Source: Asterionella formosa (taxonomy: Eukaryota). Taken from it: DNA of 58,748 nt. The notes beneath the pieces are model-generated. The model saw only the letters and a program-made list of their open reading frames with translations. It made no database searches and was not told the origin of the DNA. The stretch lies in contig NKIB01013367.1 of the NCBI GenBank assembly GCA_002256025.1, positions 1 to 58,748 on the forward strand, in the 5' to 3' direction. Both the position numbers and the translations under genes were made by a program. This document shows positions 11,129 to 22,000 of the stretch, in pieces; position 1 is the stretch's first letter, and the number at the start of each line of letters is the position of its first letter.

Positions 11129-12292
11129 TTACTTGTTTTGGGTTTGTTTAGAAGTAACAATAACGTCAAGAAAATTGGATACACAGTCGTTCATGAGTTT
11201 CTTTTGTCCATGAATCCATGTTCGATATTCGTCCTGTTCCTTACTTCGATCGTCCAAGTTTTCTACAAGATCCTTGAGCAATTGATGAATGTCCTCCACA
11301 TCAAATTTCTTTCTCTTGTACTTGACTGGTAGAGGCAAATCCTGATTGTTCCCGGCAGAGCCTTCCATATTCGTCACCACTAAACATCCAGCCAGAGCCG
11401 CTTCTCTTGGCAATCGATCCATCCCAGGATGTGGCCCAAAATCAATATATATTTTGGCTTGCATCAGCAACTCTCGGACTTGCTGTGGAGATATTCTCAC
11501 TCGTCCATCGGGACCTCCACCAATCGGCCGGATCTGGAACGCCGACCCAGATCGTTTGATGATCTCGTCCGTGTAATGAATTCCCTTGACTGGATTGTAT
11601 AATACATCAATGGTGCGACGTTCAGTTCCGTCGGGCATGGGGGGATCCGAGATGCATTCCGTCATTGCGTACACATGCGTTGGTCCGTGATGTTGCAGGA
11701 CGTATTCTTTGGCGTATTCACTTTGATAAAGATGCAAAATATCCGTGCGATCCCATTCTTGAAACCGACCTGTATTGTTGTTGACACTGAGCCACCAAAT
11801 GGCACACGGCGACGGAGTTACCGACGATGATAGGTAGTGCAGCATCTCGTCGGTCCAACATTCGGGCCAGATAAAGAGCGTGGTTTGGCTATTTGTTGCA
11901 AACGTATCCTCGTCGTGTGATGTGGGCGCATCGTACCGATCGTACACGCTGAGTCGCTTGGCTCGAGGCGCCATAATAACCCTCCGTCCATTAGATCGGC
12001 AATACACCATGGAGGCCGATACTAATTTTGAAGCATTTAGGGCATCGCAGAGTTGATGAAGTGCTTCTGGACCTCCAGTCTCGACTTCAGCAGGGCACAC
12101 GAGAAGGATATGTTTGGTCGCGGGAAAATCGTTAGCGTCGGTTTGTCTTCTTCGCTTGCGACTGGTGGGCGATCCCTGATCTAACCAACGTTCTTGTCCG
12201 TCGGTAATACTCGATGCCTCGCCGACAGGGATCTGACATTTTGATTTCACGTCATGTGTGAACTGGTTCAATAAAGATCCGAAATCGGCCAT
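11129..12292 (-). CDS. Bacterial-type GT-B glycosyltransferase-like protein with an N-terminal extension
   Basis: 387 aa, intronless. Motifs TGGPEALHQL, IWWLSVNN, QSEYA, YNPVKG, AKIYIDFGPHPGMDRLPREAA..GC.V.T...GSA. A basic RKRRR stretch lies in the extension. Confidence 0.75.
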   Translation of the reverse strand: MADFGSLLNQFTHDVKSKCQIPVGEASSITDGQERWLDQGSPTSRKRRRQTDANDFPATKHILLVCPAEVETGGPEALHQLCDALNASKLVSASMVYCRSNGRRVIMAPRAKRLSVYDRYDAPTSHDEDTFATNSQTTLFIWPECWTDEMLHYLSSSVTPSPCAIWWLSVNNNTGRFQEWDRTDILHLYQSEYAKEYVLQHHGPTHVYAMTECISDPPMPDGTERRTIDVLYNPVKGIHYTDEIIKRSGSAFQIRPIGGGPDGRVRISPQQVRELLMQAKIYIDFGPHPGMDRLPREAALAGCLVVTNMEGSAGNNQDLPLPVKYKRKKFDVEDIHQLLKDLVENLDDRSKEQDEYRTWIHGQKKLMNDCVSNFLDVIVTSKQTQNK

Positions 12293-13981
12293 GGTATTTA
12301 ATATATAATCTAACTAAAAAATAAATATACAGAAACCACCTTGCTTTGATTCTGATCGATTGATAACGATGATGCGTGCATGTGTGCATGTGGGTGGAAC
12401 AAATCAAGCAGGATCTCCTACCGGTACAATAACGAATAACAATGGAATGGAAATACCGGCGTACCTGGTACAGGTGGATGGTTATCTGACCACCATCATG
12501 CACCATGACGGGATAGCTACATAAGCAAAAGGTGAACTTCGAGCCGAATGAGTCGACTATGTATGAGGGAGTTTTCGACTGCACGACCAAGACCACCCAA
12601 AGTGAGATAGATACCTACCTTCGGGAGTCAGAGTGACAGGTACCAGTACCATGTTTGTATTTGAATGCTGCTACTAGTAATATGAACGTAATGTTTGGGG
12701 CAAGGCCAATCAATTGCCTTGAGTACCTACTAAGTGCTCTAAAAAAGAACAAATGTGTGTTGAGTAAGAATTCCAAATGGAATTTGGAGATCACTGGTGT
12801 TTCAATTGAATGTGGATCATTCGAAACAAAGCAAAGAACTAGATGTAGTAACTGATAATACGTATTTAGAAACAAAACAAAGCAGACATACTTTGATATC
12901 TACAGTATTCTTTGACTAATTAATAGATTTATACAAAAGGTCGCTCTTTAACATGTATATAAATGAATAGTAGAATAATTAAACCAAGCAATGAAATGTG
13001 CCTATAGAGAAGATGCCCCAGCCAACAACTCACCCTAGCTATTTGACCTGATATGTGACTTTTATTCTGATTTGCAAGGTTTTTCCTAGGATATGAGAAT
13101 GGAATGTTCTTGTTTGCGCTTCCTCACTTGCTGATTGATGATGAGTCCTAGATGATAATTGCCTGCAATTAGGTTTGATAAATAGATGGTGACCCCAGAA
13201 CAACCATGCATGGCTACCTAAGAATAAAGTGAGTCAATAATTGTAAGAGTAACAACGGCTACTAGAAGTTGTCTCAAGTTGAAAAAAGTCAATATTGAGA
13301 GACAGGAAGTATGTAATAACTAGTGGAGCAGTAATTGTGCTGAACAGGTTGTTCACTTGCTTACTGAGAAGGTACAAAGGAACCAAATTTTTTTGACAGA
13401 TAGATTTTGGTTTTTATTTCTCCAAAAAGGCTGCGCAAAGAAGTAGCAGTGCAGATACCAGCACCCTGAAGAGTAGTAGAGGCTTTGGAAATAATATGTG
13501 TCAATGAGGAATCAAAAGAAGCATTTGTGACCAAAATTCGTTTTATTGGTCCTTTTGCTGTAAAAATGTATTGGTACTATCTACCATATCAGATGGTGAC
13601 CCTACCACTTTCACCTTTTTTGAGATGTCAGTGGTAATCAAATCAGTACAATTTTCTTCAACCAAATCTCCGGAGAGTACTGGGCAGTGTACCAGTAATA
13701 TGCACAGTCCATTCATGTAAATATATACCGGTATTTATATTAGTATCATGTAATAACCAATATTATGTATTCTTGTTACTGTGTACAGTAAGGAGTACTT
13801 TAAACCTCGACTTCTCTATTTTGCCTGTACGTCGCCTAATGGAAAGATAGTAGCTCTCATGATTGTACCAGTAACTACATTGAGTACTCAACAATGACAT
13901 TCCACGTACATAGCTGGCTGCTTGTAGTGTACAATGTACCAGGAACCTGGTACTGGTAACTGGTACCCTAGTACCAGGGTA

Positions 13982-16648
13982 CTCCCTCTGTCCCATAACA
14001 GTCGCAGCGATTCGCTGGCACAACTATTGTCGAGCAGCTTATTTTAGGACGGATTACATAGACTACATACCATCTTTCTACATGAGGGTCGGGTTACTCG
14101 AAAAAATGCGTATTTTATGAGTTACATAGACATGAACATAAACTCTGTTTTTGTAATTAAATAATTAGCATCTAAATAAATTATTCTAAACCAATTTAAC
14201 ATGCATATATTCATTGGGAATATGTATATATCAGACAATGCTAATGCGTTGATTTTGCTACATAGTACCATTTGTTCATCATCATCATCATCATCATCTC
14301 ATTTTTGTCTAAATGAATGTCGACATCGCCAATGCGCCCATTCCTGATGGTCAGATCCTTGGCTTGATGGCCAGCAACAATGGTCACAGTTGCGCCCATC
14401 ATCACTGTTGCGGATCAACTGCAGTAAAGTTTGGCTCTGTGGTTTTTTTCTTCTCTTTGTGTGTTGTGTTGGACAAGATCCTACAAGAACTCGAGGATGC
14501 TATCCAGGTGACCACGGACTGTGACTTCCATCCAGAAATTCAAAAGTGCAGAGTTGCATATCTTTCCAGGAGAATCGCGCATAACAAAGTAGAGGCAGCG
14601 CAGTATGTTAATCATACTGCTGTAGTTATTGAAATGCGAAAAGACACACTCTACGGAGCAAACAAAACGACAAACAAACATGCAAATTTATGGAGTTGCT
14701 CTTTTACATTTCTCGATTGTTAGAGTCAAAATTGAAGATGCTGCAGGAAATTCTTAATTCTACTGCTGTGCAGATAAAATAAAATCCAATAATAATTATC
14801 CAACTCGTTGAAACTATAAGTACAATACAAATAGAACCATTAACAACCAATGCTAGTATATATATATTAAAAAAGGGGGAACGTCTTTTGATCTAATGCA
14901 GCCACAAGCCATAATGGCACCGGAGACAAAGACCCCCTTACCATCACACTTTACTACTATTAAAACAGATCATACAGGAATGTGCGGGCCAACTCGATTG
15001 CCCCTTCCCCAGCTGCTAGCTATCCTATCAGGTAGAAACCCCGCCTGTTCCAAAGTCGCCTTCCCAATGTGAGGTATCTCGTTATTGCTTTCACTATTAC
15101 TAACCAAACGAATCTCTTTCAAGAAACCCTCTAATGTTTAAAAAAATATAATTTCTTTGGTTCAAGCGAAGCGAATGCTGCCTGCACTGTCTCTATTGAA
15201 CCGTGCTGGCGTCTTCCACAGAGTCCCATTGGTCTGACTGTAATGCCCCAAAAATGATAGATCGTTGATGTTCAAATCCGGGCTGGTGTTTCCTGGTTGC
15301 TGACGAGTCAATCAACTACCCATTCTCCATCTTTTGCAGCTGCTACAAAGGGAGCAAAATCGGAACCAAAATTTGTTCAGCATTGTCATGCTGTAAACAT
15401 ATTCGCTTGTTTCCATCAGGCCACTTGCTTCGCTTTGATCATAGGCAAAACATTATTAACAATCATGTCAACATATGACTGTTTTTTGACTGGAAGTGAC
15501 TTCGTTTCCATTGTCCCTGCCAGTCGATAAATTGAACTTCTTTGTGCTACTAGCACTACTTGGTGCACAAATGGGCAAATTACAATTTTACCATCAAATG
15601 TACACACCTTTTCGTCGTCAAAACGAGTGGAACATTACCTTTTCGATATGCTTCTTATTTTTCGTTTGCCTTGTGGGAGCCTCTTCTCCATGAGCCAGAT
15701 ATAATTTCAACTTTTCTTCTGAGGAAATAAAGAATCATTTTTCATCTTTTATATGGACCTGGTTGTAGAAGCCATCAAATTATCAAAACATTCCAGGATC
15801 GAAATCAACGTCAGGGGAAGAATGATTTTCTTGATCTGGATGGTCCAATTGCACATAGTAGTGAACATAGTACATAGTAAAACAAAAATTCTTACCCTCC
15901 TCTGAAAGCTTCCACGCCATGACTGCACTTATGTGTGGTCATAGTAGATTCTTGCTATTATCCTTTGCAATCCAAAAATTGCTGACTTGGGAAGGACAAC
16001 AAGAGCAGCTGCTAATTTACAATATGTTGTACAGTTTCTTGCGATATGGAAAATCTCTAATCACTGCAATTATTTCTTCACAATTTTATTTGCGAGTATA
16101 CCCAGTGGTCAACAATTTGTGGGAAAGTGATGCAAACACATAAGTATCACCATTAGCTATAATAGAGTTCGAGCACGCAGTACCAAATACGTTGTATAGT
16201 CGCTTGTTGCTTTATCAACTTTGAACTGGCCCAACAAAAATTTAATGGTTCCACACTCGTCTAAAACAAGCCGACCATCTATTTCATCCCCTCCCTCAGC
16301 CAGGTCCTTTTTGGAGGTGTTCTGCAGACCATACTCCTACACAAGTTGCCGCTCTTGTGGTGTTAGATATTTTCTCATATGCTTGTTGAGAAGAGGTGGT
16401 GGTAAGGAAAAACGGGGGTTAGGCATCTGTATTTTGCTCAAGAATCGCAAAGAAAGTGGAAGATGAAAGAGCAAAAGAAAATTTCAAATGTAGTTGCCAG
16501 ATTTAATCTTTCTATATATATTGTATAAATGGATCCATAGCTTAGAGCAAGCTGCATAATAGGGCAGTTGAGCCAGAGAAAATCATTGGAGTCAAAATGG
16601 CCCAGATATATTGGAATTATCAATGCAACTGTTATTGGACAGAGTGAG
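13982..16648 (-). mobile_element. Mariner-like (DD39D/plant-mariner type) DNA transposon, copy 1, decayed
   Basis: TIRs CTCCCTCTGTCCCATAACAGTCGCA (13982-14006) and TGCAACTGTTATTGGACAGAGTGAG (16624-16648) match at 22/25. TA on both sides (13980-81, 16649-50). Broken minus-strand transposase (FDGKI..PFVHQV..QRSSIYR.AGTMETKS; LQHDNA). Colinear with copy 2. Confidence 0.92.
14313..14723 (+). CDS. Mariner-borne second ORF: Cys/His (NNGxSCxxHxCCG) motif plus HIRAN-like core
   Basis: 136 aa ATG-initiated ORF inside the TIRs, convergent with the transposase. A homologue is present in copy 2 (38105-~38520). EDAIQV...CRVAYLSR resembles the HIRAN 'xAIxV...xGY(V/L)PR' strands. Confidence 0.6.
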   Translation: MNVDIANAPIPDGQILGLMASNNGHSCAHHHCCGSTAVKFGSVVFFFSLCVVLDKILQELEDAIQVTTDCDFHPEIQKCRVAYLSRRIAHNKVEAAQYVNHTAVVIEMRKDTLYGANKTTNKHANLWSCSFTFLDC

Positions 16649-17188
16649 TACCACAGGACCAGGTACCATCAGTTACCAGGGTACCTGCAAGCTGCGGTCA
16701 TTTTGCTAAAAAAAACAATTTAATATGGATAAAGGTAGCTAAAAGTTTAGTTCGATGCATTACTGCAACTTGATGTGCGCTGGCTGCGGCAGGTGGTGTG
16801 TTCCTCTGCTCCTGCTGCAGTAGGATGTTGCATCACCTGGTATGACCATCATGCGTCACATGCACACAGGATGAGATGATGGCGGCTGACCCCGCCTCAA
16901 GAAATAATCCAATCATTCATGTTTTCACGTATGTACCTATTATATCGGCAGCGAGTTCCTCCTGTACCCGGGTACTGGTATGCTACTGATAATAGGTACT
17001 CCGAGGACCGGTACTCTGGTACCAGGTACCTGGTAAAAATATGTGTACTGCTGCTGATCGAGCGCCACCATGTGATCTACCGGTATATACAATAAAAATA
17101 TTGTCGAATCGCACATTAAGTTTCGTTGTTCTTGCCAGAGTTGCTTTCTCCTGCTCTCTTTCGTTTTGCTCTACGTAAATATACAAGA

Positions 17189-18310
17189 ATGAACGCAGCT
17201 GCTGCCCGTCGCAAGAAACAGCTCGCCGCGCGTGCCAAGGAAGGAGACAATGTCGCCGTCAAGCTCAAGCAGCTCTTGGCTGGATCCGACGATGAGCCAA
17301 CGGCATACGAAGCACTCCAGCTTGCTCAAAGTCAAACTCGCAAGGCAGTCAATACGGGGAAGTTCAGCGAAGCTGCGGATCTGGCCTATAGCACAGGGTT
17401 GGAGTTGTTGCTGAAGAACAAGGTGTCTGTCGCTTCTCAGTTGCTGCAGTTGTTGGTGGACGTCCTGCGAGAAACACACACGGAATGTACGAATGTCTGG
17501 ATTGACAAAATTGTCACGCTTCACACGACACATCAAGCTTCCGTGAAGGAGATACCGGAAGGGGCTGAGAAGAATCGCTTGCAACGCTTGCAGAGAGAAT
17601 GGTTGCGTCGTGTGCTGAGCTGGTCCAATGACTTGGGAGTGATTACGTTTGGTCATCCCCGCTTACACGAGTTGCTTGCAGAGCAATGCTGGTTGTTGCC
17701 AGAGGGAGATGAAGAAGAAGATCGACACGCCATCATGTGCGATGCAGTGCAGCACATGGTCTTGGCCGAGCAGCCGCAAAAGATTTTGGAATGGCTCAAA
17801 ACGTTGCCACCTCCGACAGTCGAGCAAACGGCCTTTGGTCACACCTGCCCAGCTGCAGATCGCGATGCCCTCTTGACTCGATCGCTCTTGCTCTTTTGCG
17901 CAATTGAAAATCTCAGAGACGCCAATGTCTTGCTCCAAAAGTATGTGGACGAAGTGGAAGAACGGACCATGGATGACCTCACCAAGTCGTACATGGACAA
18001 GGATGACGGCAAGGCTCAAGCACATGTCGTTTTTTGTTCCATGCTGTTGCGAATCTGTGAAAAGGATCAGCGAACGGGACCCCTTTGGACGTGGTTGTTA
18101 CGTTCCTTCAAAAAGGAATTAGACCTCCTTGCGAAGCCTCAAGCTGTTCAGTCATACACGACCAAGATTGGTAAGGTGTACTTTAACATTCAGCCACCTC
18201 CCAGTATGATCAGCATGGTAGAGAATATGATGGGCATGATGGGGGGTGGTGGAGGAGGAATGAACCCTGCCATGATGGCGCAAGCCATGCAGGGCATGAA
18301 AGGCATGTAA
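17189..18310 (+). CDS. GET4: Golgi-to-ER traffic protein 4 (GET pathway, tail-anchored protein targeting)
   Basis: Motifs YEALQ.., G.P.LH.LLA, R..L.F....N.RDAN.LL, KIGKVYFNIQPP, and a Met/Gly-rich tail. First ATG at 17189. Confidence 0.85.
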   Translation: MNAAAARRKKQLAARAKEGDNVAVKLKQLLAGSDDEPTAYEALQLAQSQTRKAVNTGKFSEAADLAYSTGLELLLKNKVSVASQLLQLLVDVLRETHTECTNVWIDKIVTLHTTHQASVKEIPEGAEKNRLQRLQREWLRRVLSWSNDLGVITFGHPRLHELLAEQCWLLPEGDEEEDRHAIMCDAVQHMVLAEQPQKILEWLKTLPPPTVEQTAFGHTCPAADRDALLTRSLLLFCAIENLRDANVLLQKYVDEVEERTMDDLTKSYMDKDDGKAQAHVVFCSMLLRICEKDQRTGPLWTWLLRSFKKELDLLAKPQAVQSYTTKIGKVYFNIQPPPSMISMVENMMGMMGGGGGGMNPAMMAQAMQGMKGM

Positions 18311-19038
18311 TAGTGTCGCTTGCGCTCATTTCGCCTACCGGTATTTACTTGCCCGAGGTTGTTGGGATGGATGCAGACACTATTATTCACACTATACTGG
18401 TACAACAATCTAAGTTAGCTCAATATCTAGTGCTGAAAGCACTACTATTAAGTACTCCATATCGTTGCTATATATCTATCTATGTAGAGTGAATGTCTCT
18501 ACCTTTCGGTTACAACCATGCGATTAGACGAGAATCCACCATCAGTTATGTTGGATGAGAGTTTGTCATTGCAATCTCTACATCAAAGTAAAGCAAAGCA
18601 AGTGTGACTTTGTGACATGACTTTTCGATCATGGCGGGGACAAAAATAATGAATTCAAATTTTGTTGGAATATATCGTGAACAGTGTGACCAACCATGAT
18701 TACCGGCACACGTTTACAACATTTACTGGCATCACGTGTAATATTAAAATGTGATAATACTTGTACTGTAGTACCGGTATTTATGTATGTATTTGATATC
18801 ATCATTCCATTGCTCGCATATTTCCTGACGACAGCCATCATGGTGTCATGGGTACCGTGGTACAGTTTATTATTGTTATATTTTATAATCATTGGAATTC
18901 TTGCTTAATTTCTTTCTCGACACAAACTCTCATCCCACCTTCTATTTTCTCTGCCTTTTCGTTGCAACACTTCCATTAACTTACTACATTTTCGTAGATC
19001 AAGTCAAGAATTATTTGTCATCATAGAAGCAGCCCAAA

Positions 19039-22000
19039 ATGATTGAATCATCTTCATCATCATTATCTTCATCGGTCCAAGTTGCTGTCCGTGTCAGACC
19101 GATGCTGGCATCAGAAGCTGGATCGACACAATGCATCGAGACTTTGCAGTCATCGTTGGATAGGGAAGCAAATGTGGTTCGCATCGGAGGTCCGTCTGGG
19201 CCAACCTTTTCATTTGATCAAGCCTTTGATGGGCAGTCGCCACAAGAATTCGTCTTCCAATCGAGAGTTGCTCCGTTAATAGAACGATGCTTGGAAGGAT
19301 ACAATGCTACTGTGCTAGCATACGGTCAAACTGGGTCCGGAAAGACACATACCATCATGGGTCCGTCTACGGCGTTGCAAGATGGAGAATCAGCAGGACT
19401 CATTCCTAGAGCTGTCAGAACATTATTTGATAGTTTGCAGAAACAAAGTGTTGACACTGTTGGGAAGGAGCAACCGCACGACTTGGAAATGGATCAAACT
19501 GTCTATGATTATGAAGTACGAGTACAATTCTTAGAGCTATATGGAGAAACCATTAGAGACTTGCTTACACCAAAACCTTCGTCGGAAAAATTGACCATTC
19601 GCGACATAGGGAACGAAGAACCTGAAGTTTTGGGGGCGACGCAACAGAGAGTTGATTCGGCCGACGAAGCATTGCTCTGCCTAACGAGGGGTATGCTGCG
19701 ACGAGTCACTGCAGAAACAGCAATGAATTCGACTAGCTCAAGGTCACATGCTATTTTGAGCGTCATGGTACAGCAAACATCGACTTTTGATGGTTACACT
19801 CAAGTCAAGCGCAGTAAATTCAGTTTTGTCGACCTTGCTGGATCTGAGCGTCTGAAACGAACACAAGCACAGGGGCAGCGAATGAAAGAAGGCGTAGACA
19901 TCAATAAGGGATTGCTAGTATTGGGAAATGTCATTTCAGCCTTGGGCGATGAAACGAAACAGGGGAAGACTTTTGTGCCGTATCGAGATTCTAAGTTGAC
20001 ACGCCTTTTAAAGGGATCATTGGGAGGAAACCACAAGACGCTGATGATCGCTTGCGTCTCGCCTTCTTCAAATAATTTGGAAGAGTCTCTAAATTGCTTG
20101 AGGTACGCCAACCGAGCGAAAAATATTCAAAACAATGCCGTAGTAAATGTGGATGCTGGATCAAGACTTGTTTCCGAACTTCGTTGCACGATTCAATTAT
20201 TGGCGAAGGACTTGCTGCGTATCAGGAGAGGAGGTGATAAATTGCAAAGTGACAGCATGACGGAAGAGATGCTGGAGAAACTCTCGAATGGCGACGGTGG
20301 TGCATTGATTTCGAGCAATCCAAGCATACCAGTGAACTCCATATTTGCTCCCGAATCATGCTTTTCGGCCGGTGACGTTCGCAGAAAAGAAATGGAGATC
20401 GAACTAGAGAGAACCAATAGTGTACTTCTCCAGACTACTGAGGATTTACTTTTGACGAAGAACGAGCTTCTCAAGACCCGTGCAAAGCAAGAAAAGTACT
20501 CGTTTCAAATTGAAAACACAAATGATGCAACAGTGTGTACGTCAACACCCTTGCATTCGGACCTCGCTGATCATGATATGAACAAGAGACTAACAGATTC
20601 AGAGTTTGAGCTTTTTCAGACCAAGGATATTCTTCGTGAGACTAATAAGGAGTTGCAATCAACTACCGAGGATCTATTCATAGCCAGAGCAGAAAGGGAA
20701 ATGTATCGACTCCGCCTGAATGCTGGAAATCCCACAGATATCGAGACAGCCTTCCTAGAAAGAGCAGCACGCTATGAAGCAGAAATTTCAAGCTTGAAAG
20801 ATGCACATGAGAAGCGAGGACTTAATGCATCAATCGATCACGATGGGTCCATTACCTTGGACAGTGCTAAATCTTCAAACGAAAAGAGGGCACAGTTGTT
20901 GACTCAGCTTCAAAACGAACTATTGTCCTCGATTTCTCCAGAAAAAAGGAAACCGATAATTCCAATCAACCCAGATTCACCGGAATTGCTGAGACTAAGG
21001 TCCATGGTATTGCTTTCCATTTCCCCTACTGATCAACTTGATGCCGAGGAGAAAGCTGAACAAGCCGAATTGGTATCGATCACGACCAAATTCTTGGACG
21101 AAGATGACGAACGAGGAAGCAATGCAATAAGGCAAGAAGAAGAGTCTTTAAGTAAAGAAGGGTCAGAGCGCCATCGTCAGCTTATCGAAGCGAGCTTGCT
21201 TGAGTTGACTAATAGTATTGACGAAAAAGAGACTCTTATCGAGCAGCTGCAGCGGAGCGAAGAAAAATATGCTGATATGCGCGACTTTTACGAAGAAAAG
21301 CTGAAACAGATGGTTTTGCAAGTACGTGAACGGGAAAGTGAACGAGAGGCCCTGGTCCGTGAGTTAGAAGAACGCGAAGCCATTAAAGGCGACACAAAGG
21401 ATCTGCAAGTGAGGTTGAAGGAGAAGGAAACGCATATATCCGCTTTGAAAAAGAGACAGATGGAGCTCATGGGATTAACAAAGGTTTCCTCACGAAATGA
21501 GCATGAGATTAATCGCCTCCGTCAAGATGTGATAACCATGAAACAAAAAAAGGTTGAGATGCAGAAACTATTTTCCCAAGAGCGCAAAAGCCATGTCGGC
21601 GAAATTCAAAGATTGAAAAAGGAGGCCTTGCAACTTGATCGAGAGGTTAACAAGTGGAAGAAGATATCTGACAAGAAGACTTTTGAAGCCGAAATGGCTC
21701 ACAAGGTCTCGAAGACGCATTTGGAACAAATTGGTCAGCTTCGTGCCAAGTACAAAGAAGCCGAGCGAAATCAAAGGGTTAGAACTGTGAAACGAGGCGT
21801 GATGGAGAAGGCTGGCTTAGACCCAGTCCTCATCGGCAGTCGCCAAATCATCAAATCGGTTACCGACGCAAATGGAAAGCGTGGGGCTCGAACTTCTCCC
21901 AGGATCGTAGAACCTGATTTAGCTTCGGTGCGGGACTTTTTGGATCAAAAGGTTGCTGAAATCGGGCGAAAGGAAGCCCTCGCAGATAAGCTTGCCAATG

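Noticed and set aside
12700..13760. AT-rich, CpG-poor stretch, possibly an old transposon
   Set aside because: I could not identify termini, repeats or recognisable coding motifs.
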